Positions 40,338-47,011 of a DNA stretch of 47,011 nucleotides are shown piece by piece. Every line of letters begins with the position of its first letter. The stretch's first letter is position 1. This stretch comes from Clostridia bacterium (GTDB taxonomy: Bacteria; Bacillota; Clostridia; Oscillospirales; CAG-272). Both the position numbers and the translations under genes were made by a program. The stretch is from assembly GCA_017482465.1 (NCBI GenBank), contig JAFUMW010000120.1, positions 1 to 47,011 on the forward strand, read 5' to 3'. A model generated the notes under the pieces. That model had not been told where the DNA came from. It searched no databases and was given only the letters and a program-made list of their open reading frames with translations.

Positions 40338-42446
40338 TTATTTCACATCCGTGTCGCCGTTCCATTCGAGCGCTTCTTCTTCGGTCTCAAAGAAGCCTAT
40401 TGATGAAATATACACATTTGCATTTATATCGGTATTTCCCTCAAAGAAATGTAAACGCCATTGCCTTACAGTGCTTTCATCCCACTTGGTGCCATCGGAA
40501 AACTCAAGAGCTGACAGGTCTATCACAGTCTTTTGCCACTTGCCGCTTTCGATTGATATTTCCTTTTCAAAAGAGCCGGTTTTGAGTATATTTGTACCGA
40601 GCGGGACTACGTCCTTTGATGCCCATATCTTGAGTTTTTCGGGAACATAATCTTCTTTGGGGTAAACATAATTTATTACAAGATATTTGTATTTACTGCC
40701 GTCAAGAGATGGCTCATAATATTTTGAATCCCATTGATAATAGTTAAAATCAAGGTAGCCGTCCGTACGGCTGTTTATCAGGGATACCTTTACGCTTTTA
40801 CGTCCGAGATGAGTGGCTTTTTCCATTTTAGTTCCGAAATAGTTTTCATATCGACCGTTTATCGGATTTATTATATCCGATTTTGCAAAAGCGTTGTGGA
40901 ACTGTGTGTCCTTGTCACCCTCGTACATCATCTCGTCAACGCCGAAGAGCCTGATTCCGCCTGTGAGAGGTGCGGAATGCTGATTATATCCGAGCTTATA
41001 GTCTGTGTATTCCTTATAGTTTGCACCGACGGTTTTGTTTGACAGATCCCATGCATTTGCCTCTTCCTCGGTTTTGAAAAAAGCAAAACCCGCTACGTAA
41101 AATGCGGCATCGGGGTTAGTGTTGCCCTCGAACATCTGTATTCTGAACTGACGGACGGTATTGTCTGCCCATTTTGTACCGTCCTGGAAGGTCATGCTGT
41201 CAAGCTTTACAACCTGCGACTGCCACTGACCGTATCCGTTAGATATTTTAAAGGTCTTATACGCGCTCATTAGCGGTTCGCCTGCGTTTACATCCTTTGA
41301 TGCCCAGAATTTCATATAGTTGACATTGCTTGCGGCATTGTTGTACGCATATATGATCTTTAAGTACTTATATTGGCTTGCGTCAAGTGAGGGCATGAAG
41401 TAGCCGCAGTTGTGCTGGTAATAGTTGAAATCAAAATATCCGGTCTTATAACCGTCGAGCAGAGACACCTTTACGCACTTGATGTTTCCGTACGCGCTTT
41501 CTTCCATATTTATGCCGAAGAAGGTCTCATACTGACCCGATGCGGGACTCCATATACCGGGCTTTGCGATTGCATTCTGGAACTGCGTTCCGTGGTCGCC
41601 CGGATACATCATTTCATCAATTCCGAAATATGTGTTTCCGCCGCCGAGCGGAGAGGTGTATTTGACCGGCTCGGTGTCTTCGAATACCGCGTAAAGAGTT
41701 ACGCTTTCATTGTTTTTGTATTCTGCCTTTGGGATATATTCCACCTTGCCGTTCGGTTTTGTTGACCAGCCCGAAAAATACTTTCCGTCCTTGGTGGGGA
41801 TATCTGCCGGGATAGATACGGATTGACCGAACTTCTTTGTTAGCTTATCAAGCTTGAGTCCCGAGCTTTCCTCATCAAAGCTTATACGGTAGTTTTTTGA
41901 AAGGCTCTTATAGTCCGGACGAATGTAGCAGGTATTTGGGTACGTATTTGTATTTTCTCTGGACCAGACACCGACCTTGCCGTTATTCCATACCCAACCC
42001 TCGATGATCTTGCCGTCTCCGACGTATATGCCGCAGTGGTCGTACCCGCCGTCATTGCTGTAAAGATAGAAAACGAGGTCTCCGGGCTCGGCACTGCCCG
42101 AGTCTATCTGCTTTGCACCAAGCTCCTTTGTCAGAGTGCGGTACATTTCGGCAGGTGAGCTTTCGTTGTTCGGTATTATTTCATTTGGAATACCTGCGAG
42201 TCTGGCACAGTCGCCGATAAAATAACTGTTCCACGTGTGAGCAGTCTGGTATCCGAGGTCATCTGTAAGCTTTCCTACCTGCGCCTTTGCTACCGACGCG
42301 AGAGTATTCGCGTGCGAGCTTGATTTTTTAAAATCCGTACTGTAGTACTTTACGTTTTCAGACAGAGCAAGACATTCAAGCTGTATTACGGTGAGAGCTG
42401 AACATAACAGTATCGCAATTATAATTAATTTAGCGTATTTTTTCAT
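40338..42446 (-). CDS. Secreted protein: NlpC/P60-CHAP-like domain, InlB B-repeat, two tandem ~200-aa domains
   Basis: Signal peptide MKKYAK.. after AGGAGG; AKAQVG..PGDLVFY..HCGIYVG; PTKDGKYFSGW..VTLYAVF; duplicated FG(I/V)DEMMY..DFNYYQ..WASKDV. Confidence 0.75.
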   Translation of the reverse strand: MKKYAKLIIIAILLCSALTVIQLECLALSENVKYYSTDFKKSSSHANTLASVAKAQVGKLTDDLGYQTAHTWNSYFIGDCARLAGIPNEIIPNNESSPAEMYRTLTKELGAKQIDSGSAEPGDLVFYLYSNDGGYDHCGIYVGDGKIIEGWVWNNGKVGVWSRENTNTYPNTCYIRPDYKSLSKNYRISFDEESSGLKLDKLTKKFGQSVSIPADIPTKDGKYFSGWSTKPNGKVEYIPKAEYKNNESVTLYAVFEDTEPVKYTSPLGGGNTYFGIDEMMYPGDHGTQFQNAIAKPGIWSPASGQYETFFGINMEESAYGNIKCVKVSLLDGYKTGYFDFNYYQHNCGYFMPSLDASQYKYLKIIYAYNNAASNVNYMKFWASKDVNAGEPLMSAYKTFKISNGYGQWQSQVVKLDSMTFQDGTKWADNTVRQFRIQMFEGNTNPDAAFYVAGFAFFKTEEEANAWDLSNKTVGANYKEYTDYKLGYNQHSAPLTGGIRLFGVDEMMYEGDKDTQFHNAFAKSDIINPINGRYENYFGTKMEKATHLGRKSVKVSLINSRTDGYLDFNYYQWDSKYYEPSLDGSKYKYLVINYVYPKEDYVPEKLKIWASKDVVPLGTNILKTGSFEKEISIESGKWQKTVIDLSALEFSDGTKWDESTVRQWRLHFFEGNTDINANVYISSIGFFETEEEALEWNGDTDVK

Positions 42447-42490
42447 AATGTCCTCCTGTAGATTTGTTTGCCGTGCGTACTTACGGTTAC

Positions 42491-42519
42491 AGTATATCAC
42501 AGATGCATATGAATGTCAA
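42491..42519 (-). promoter_or_regulatory. sigmaA promoter of the secreted protein gene
   Basis: TTGACA-17-TATACT with TG extension. Confidence 0.75.
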
Positions 42520-42587
42520 CCGAGGTAAGTATCGCAAAAGGCTATTGTGAACTGCTTCTGTGCCGTTTTTTAGCGGTGCTACTTCGG

Positions 42588-42629
42588 CTAACAAAGCATT
42601 CTCGTGTAAAATTTTCGTTTTGGTTTCAT
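42588..42629 (-). CDS. 13-aa ORF MKPKRKFYTRMLC (small peptide or stub of a deleted gene)
   Basis: AGGAG RBS (42637-42641) 7 nt before ATG; RBS can pair with CUCCU at 42660-42664. Confidence 0.4.
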   Translation of the reverse strand: MKPKRKFYTRMLC

Positions 42630-42674
42630 TGTGTTTCTCCTAAAGTTATATTCGCAGTAAGGAGCTGACGGCAC

Positions 42675-42703
42675 AAAAAAAGTGCATCGCCGAAGCAATG
42701 CAC
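42675..42703 (-). terminator. Intrinsic terminator with UUCG tetraloop
   Basis: GUGCAUUGC-UUCG-GCGAUGCAC-UUUUUUU. Confidence 0.85.
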
Positions 42704-42835
42704 AAAAAATACTCGCTCCGGTTACTGCGACATAACTTTTTCCACACAACTAAAGCATGTAAAATAGAGCTTGTATTTTTTACAATTTAAAATACACGCT
42801 TAGTATATGCAGAAGCTATTAAGTTATGTCGCAGT
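42675..42835 (-). ncRNA. Unassigned structured RNA or attenuator leader (~160 nt)
   Basis: Own promoter; rod hairpin closed by a perfect 15-bp stem (42821-42835 with 42724-42738); G-U pairs favour the minus strand; ends in a cUUCGg terminator. Confidence 0.6.
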
Positions 42836-42838
42836 TCA

Positions 42839-42867
42839 ATGATAGCACAAAAATCAATTTTTGTCAA
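42839..42867 (-). promoter_or_regulatory. sigmaA promoter of the structured RNA
   Basis: TTGACA-17-TATCAT with TG extension, downstream of the araC terminator. Confidence 0.75.
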
Positions 42868-42904
42868 TACATTCCGGTTTTGAAAGAGAGCTTGCGTTTA
42901 TATG

Positions 42905-42944
42905 TAAAAAGCTCCGCTTGCACAACAGCTTGCGGAGCTTTTTA
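42905..42944 (-). terminator. Terminator of the AraC gene
   Basis: TAAAAAGCTCCGC / GCGGAGCTTTTTA. Confidence 0.8.
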
Positions 42945-42948
42945 TGTG

Positions 42949-43794
42949 TTATTCCATATGATCTCTTTTGAACCGACTCGGCGTTGTACCTCGGTAGCGC
43001 TTGAACATCTTGGTAAAATAGCTGAGATCCGAAAAGCCGCAGGCAAATGACACCTCAGTGATCGTCTCGTTTCCCGATGCGAGCCTGCGCGCCGCACGCT
43101 CGATACGGTAGGCGAGCAGGTATTCTATAGGCGTTTTGCCCGTCATATCCTTGAAAAATCGGCAAAAATACTTCGGAGACATTGAGACCTTTTCGGCTAT
43201 ATCGGAGAGCTTGAGATCGGTGTCGAATTTTTCGCGTATATAGCGTAAGGCGATCTTAAGACGTATCACGTCACGCTCGGGAGTGGGACGGGTGTTTTGG
43301 GCATAGTATTCGTTGTTTATCATATGGGCAAAGAAGCAATAGATAAGTCCCGTGGCTGAAAACTTATACCCTTGCTTTCTTTCCTGCAGCGCTTTTACCG
43401 TTTCTGCAATAATCCCTTCAAGCACAGTGTCGCTGCTTGCTTTGAAATAGTCATAAAGCAGTACCGAGCTGTCAAGTAACTGCTCGATAAACGGGCGGCA
43501 GCCGTTTTCGTCGGCGATGAATTCCTCCGGGTGGAATACAATGCAGTCGTACACACAGTCATATGGCGTTGCACCGTGAACCGTCTCACTGTTGACCACA
43601 AGTATATCGCCTGCTTCTGCCTTTGTCGTTCTGCTGTTAAGCGTAACGTCGAGCCGTCCGCTTCTGACGCGGATTATCTCTATCGCCGAATGCCAGTGGA
43701 ACGCCATCTCGTATTTCGGGTGGCTGATATCAACGCAGTACAACTCGATCGGAAGCGATTCTGTTCCGTGATGCTTGGTTTCGTTAAAGCTCAT
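42949..43794 (-). CDS. AraC family regulator (cupin + HTH)
   Basis: FHWH..EII, VHG; MSPKYFCRFFK..GFSDLSYFTKMFKRYRGTTPSRF. Confidence 0.92.
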   Translation of the reverse strand: MSFNETKHHGTESLPIELYCVDISHPKYEMAFHWHSAIEIIRVRSGRLDVTLNSRTTKAEAGDILVVNSETVHGATPYDCVYDCIVFHPEEFIADENGCRPFIEQLLDSSVLLYDYFKASSDTVLEGIIAETVKALQERKQGYKFSATGLIYCFFAHMINNEYYAQNTRPTPERDVIRLKIALRYIREKFDTDLKLSDIAEKVSMSPKYFCRFFKDMTGKTPIEYLLAYRIERAARRLASGNETITEVSFACGFSDLSYFTKMFKRYRGTTPSRFKRDHME

Positions 43795-44053
43795 AATACA
43801 CCTTTTGCGTAAATAATCATAACAGTCTGTTCTTTCATTACCATTATATACTATTTGTTCGATAATTGCAATATGGAGTCTGATAGTTGATGTGTACAAA
43901 AAAACGCACTCTTTTTATACATCTTGAACAAAAAAATCGGTTTTGGGCAAAAGGTGAAAATAATTATAGTTTTTGTTACGATTGTACAAGAGATCGAGAC
44001 AGGTTTTGTTATATAATAAGAATGAAAAAATATATTATCCCAGGAGGAAACTT

Positions 44054-45844
44054 ATGAATAACAGACTTATTGGGGATTATCCCGTTATCGGTATACGTCC
44101 TACCATAGACGGACGCCGCGGACCGCTCAAGGTCAGAGAGTCGCTTGAAGAACAGACTATGAACATGGCAAAGGCGGCGGCTAAATTATTTGAGGAAAAC
44201 CTCAGATATTCAAACGGTGATCCCGTAAAGGTAGTTATCGCAGACACGACTATCGGACGTGTTGCCGAATCGGCGGCATGTGCGGCAAAGTTCAAAAAGG
44301 AGGGTGTTGACATTACCCTCACCGTTACACCCTGCTGGTGCTACGGCTCGGAGACTATGGACATGGATAAGAATACCATCAAGGGCGTATGGGGCTTTAA
44401 CGGAACAGAGCGTCCCGGTGCTGTTTACCTTGCTTCGGTTCTTGCATCCCACGCACAGAAGGGACTCCCTGCTTTCGGTATCTACGGACAGAATGTACAG
44501 GATATGGACGACAGCTCTATCCCCGAGGATGTTAAAGAAAAGCTGCTCAGATTTGCAAGAGCGGCTGTTGCTGTTGCGACCATGCGTGGCAAGTCGTATT
44601 TGCAGATAGGCTCTATCTGTATGGGAATTGCAGGATCTATCATTGACTGCGATTTCTTCGAGGACTATCTCGGTATGCGCGTCGAATCGGTAGACGAGGT
44701 CGAGATCATCAGACGAATGACCGAGGGTATTTACGACGAAGAAGAGTACGAAAAGGCTCTTGCGTGGACGAAAAAGTACTGCAAGGAGGGCTTTGACAAG
44801 AACCCTGCGGATATGCAGAAGAGCAGAGAGAAAAAGGACGAGGAATGGGAATTTGTTGTTAAGATGATGTGTATCATCAAGGATCTTTTCAACGGTAACC
44901 CCAATCTTCCCGAGGGCAGAGAAGAGGAAATGGTCGGACACAACGCCATCGCAGGCGGCTTCCAGGGACAGAGACAGTGGACAGACTTTTATCCCAACTG
45001 TGACTTTCCCGAGGCCATGCTCAACTCCTCGTTTGACTGGAACGGCGCGAGAGAACCGTACATACTCGCTACCGAAAACGACACGCTCAACGGCGTTTGT
45101 ATGCTCTTCGGTAAGCTTCTTACAAACACAGCGCAGATATTTGCAGACGTCAGAACATGCTGGAACACCGAATCTGTGAAGAGAGTTACGGGTTATGATC
45201 TTGAAGGTAAAGCGAAGGAAGCAAACGGTATCATTCACCTTATAAACTCGGGCGCGGCTTGTATCGACGCTTGCGGTGAGGTCAAGGACGCAAACGGCAA
45301 CGGCGTTATCAAGCCCTTCTGGGAAATGACAGACGCCGATCAGAAGGCTTGCCTTGACGCTACCACATGGAACGCGGCAGACCTCGGATACTTCCGCGGC
45401 GGCGGATATTCCTCGCGTTTCCTTACAAGAGCTGAAATGCCCGCGACAATGATCCGTCTTAACCTTGTAAAAGGACTTGGACCGGTCATGTACGTATGCG
45501 AGGGCTGGACGGTCGGACTTCCCGACGAGGTATCAGACATTCTCTGGAAGAGGACTGACTACACATGGCCCTGCACATGGTTTGCACCGAGAATAACAGG
45601 CAAGGGACCGTTCACATCTGCTTACGATCTTATGAATAACTGGGGAGCTAATCACGGAGCTATCAGCTACGGTCACATCGGTGCTGATATCATAACGCTT
45701 TGCTCGATGCTTCGCATTCCCGTGTGCATGCACAATGTACCCGATGAAAAGATATTCAGACCCGCCGCTTGGACAGCGTTCGGTATGGATGAGGAAGGAC
45801 AGGACTACAGAGCTTGCGCCGCTTACGGTCCTCTTTATAAGTGA
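44054..45844 (+). CDS. fucI: L-fucose (D-arabinose) isomerase
   Basis: [47 protein letters not shown]; AGGAGG RBS before 44054. Confidence 0.96.
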   Translation: MNNRLIGDYPVIGIRPTIDGRRGPLKVRESLEEQTMNMAKAAAKLFEENLRYSNGDPVKVVIADTTIGRVAESAACAAKFKKEGVDITLTVTPCWCYGSETMDMDKNTIKGVWGFNGTERPGAVYLASVLASHAQKGLPAFGIYGQNVQDMDDSSIPEDVKEKLLRFARAAVAVATMRGKSYLQIGSICMGIAGSIIDCDFFEDYLGMRVESVDEVEIIRRMTEGIYDEEEYEKALAWTKKYCKEGFDKNPADMQKSREKKDEEWEFVVKMMCIIKDLFNGNPNLPEGREEEMVGHNAIAGGFQGQRQWTDFYPNCDFPEAMLNSSFDWNGAREPYILATENDTLNGVCMLFGKLLTNTAQIFADVRTCWNTESVKRVTGYDLEGKAKEANGIIHLINSGAACIDACGEVKDANGNGVIKPFWEMTDADQKACLDATTWNAADLGYFRGGGYSSRFLTRAEMPATMIRLNLVKGLGPVMYVCEGWTVGLPDEVSDILWKRTDYTWPCTWFAPRITGKGPFTSAYDLMNNWGANHGAISYGHIGADIITLCSMLRIPVCMHNVPDEKIFRPAAWTAFGMDEEGQDYRACAAYGPLYK

Positions 45845-46773
45845 TGGAGTACGTTTGCGAAAAAAGAATACCGCGCCCGGTCGTTGTGGGCGACTTTGTA
45901 AGGATATATACGCCTCAAAGGGACGTGTACAACGGCGTTGACACAAACAGCTTTAAGTACGGGTGTGAATACGATGAGTGGATAACAAACGATTTTTCGC
46001 CGTTAAAGCTCGGCGATACGTGGCATATCGTCGGCATCACGCATCCGAGACCCGAAAGCCTTGTTGACGATCACAATTATTCGCCCGATGACGTGCATGA
46101 GGCAGAGTATCAGCTTTTTCACTGTACTGCCAAGGGCAAGACATTTGCTGATGTCTTTCACAAGGATTCGTTTTCGGATAACAAGAAGATACTTTATCCG
46201 GATGAGCGTCCGGGCGAAAGAAATGAGATATGGGCGCCTCACATGATGTATCACGACGGCAAGGTTAAGATCGTGTACAGTCCCGAGCGCATGCGTGTTG
46301 CCGAGACCGAGGATTTTGAAAGCTTTGTTACGGGAAAGACCTTGTTCGATGCAGGAAGCTTTTCCGCACGCGACCCGTACATTTTCCTTGACGGTGATAC
46401 ATATTACTGCTTTTATGCTATAGATAACCGTACCGAATACAGGACGTCAAAAGATTTTGTAAACTGGTCGGATGCGGTCGTACTTCAGGTTAATCCATGG
46501 GCAAATGCGTCAAACGAATCGCCTTTCGTTATGAAGCGAGACGGATACTATTATCTTTTGTGGTGTATCTGCGACGGAAGATGCGGATGCTACGACAACA
46601 GAACATTCGTATTTGCCGCAGAGACGATTGAAGGACTTAAAAATACCGCTCCGATAGCTATGCTTCCGGGACACGCTCCCGAAATAGTAAGCGACGAGTC
46701 GGGAAGTTATTTGCTCAGTGTATATTATCCTGAAAACGGTATCAGTGCAGCGCGGATTGAGTGGGTTGAATGA
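45844..46773 (+). CDS. Five-bladed beta-propeller glycoside hydrolase (GH32/GH43-like clan)
   Basis: WITND, IWAPH, ARDPY, NESPFV, HAPEIV; TGATG stop/start overlap with fucI. Confidence 0.7.
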   Translation: MEYVCEKRIPRPVVVGDFVRIYTPQRDVYNGVDTNSFKYGCEYDEWITNDFSPLKLGDTWHIVGITHPRPESLVDDHNYSPDDVHEAEYQLFHCTAKGKTFADVFHKDSFSDNKKILYPDERPGERNEIWAPHMMYHDGKVKIVYSPERMRVAETEDFESFVTGKTLFDAGSFSARDPYIFLDGDTYYCFYAIDNRTEYRTSKDFVNWSDAVVLQVNPWANASNESPFVMKRDGYYYLLWCICDGRCGCYDNRTFVFAAETIEGLKNTAPIAMLPGHAPEIVSDESGSYLLSVYYPENGISAARIEWVE

Positions 46774-46814
46774 AATAAAAACTGCGGGTTTTGAAGCACC
46801 CGCAGTTTTTATTT
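46773..46814 (+). terminator. Intrinsic terminator
   Basis: AAATAAAAACTGCGGG / CCCGCAGTTTTTATTT. Confidence 0.85.
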
Positions 46815-46879
46815 TTGTGATAACATAAATGTTATAAAGCATTTGTTTTTTTATGGTTGAAAAGTAAACCAACAGTCTA

Positions 46880-46908
46880 TTGACATATGTTTACACGAAT
46901 GATACAAT
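46880..46908 (+). promoter_or_regulatory. sigmaA promoter
   Basis: TTGACA-17-TACAAT with TG extension. Confidence 0.7.
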
Positions 46909-46942
46909 CAAGATATAAAATTCTTTATGAAGGAGAACCGGT

Positions 46943-47011
46943 ATGAATGTGGAAAAGATTGGGAAGATGATAGCTGAAAGAAGAAAAATAATGGGCTATA
47001 CACAAGAAGAA
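46943..47011 (+). CDS. XRE/HTH_3 family regulator, N-terminus only; runs off the window
   Basis: MNVEKIGKMIAERRKIMGYTQEE; AAGGAG RBS. Confidence 0.8.
   Translation, partial: MNVEKIGKMIAERRKIMGYTQEE

Noticed and set aside
42455-42490. GUACGCACGGCAAAC in the leader of the secreted protein, resembling the 5' end of a c-di-GMP-I riboswitch
   Set aside because: Leader is only ~40 nt and lacks the GNRA stem and GACGCAAA..GCC elements
42745-42780. AAGCATGTAAAATAGAGCTTGT, superficially like a tracrRNA anti-repeat/nexus
   Set aside because: No cas genes or repeat-spacer array; promoter, terminator and G-U pairs all indicate the opposite strand
42642-42835. The three arm copies as a mini CRISPR array, IS ends or dif/Xer sites
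   Set aside because: Mixed orientation and irregular spacing; no transposase or target duplication seen; no 11-6-11 dif geometry
44210-45238. 342-aa minus-strand ORF, and similar shadows at 1894-2634, 10779-11588, 25756-26523, 38264-39073
   Set aside because: Antisense to well-supported genes; expected from codon bias

Overview
47 kb of chromosomal DNA from a Bacillota (Clostridia-like) bacterium, genetic code 11, with many near-consensus sigmaA promoters and intrinsic terminators. It is mostly housekeeping and metabolic genes (D-lactate dehydrogenase, Crp/Fnr regulator, trpB, DegV, MATE, three M42 peptidases, YhaO/YhaN-like pair, sortase B, nuclease-DinG helicase, RadC, M18 aminopeptidase, coaE, PutP, fucI), plus RNase P RNA, tRNA-Arg(ACG) and several secreted or glycan-active proteins. 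No CRISPR array, transposase or integrase was seen. Main points of interest: (1) an unexplained promoter- and terminator-bounded, multi-state structured RNA at ~42560-42867 (-) whose 3' arm can unmask the sequestered RBS of a 13-aa ORF; (2) a Shango-like TerB-N/C + DUF2791 ATPase pair lacking its helicase and heading a housekeeping operon; (3) an rlmA-like gene with an in-frame UGA exactly at a zinc-finger Cys; (4) an unrecognised module present four times in two secreted proteins; (5) small gene relics in intergenic regions. All family calls are from motif recognition by eye; no searches were run.
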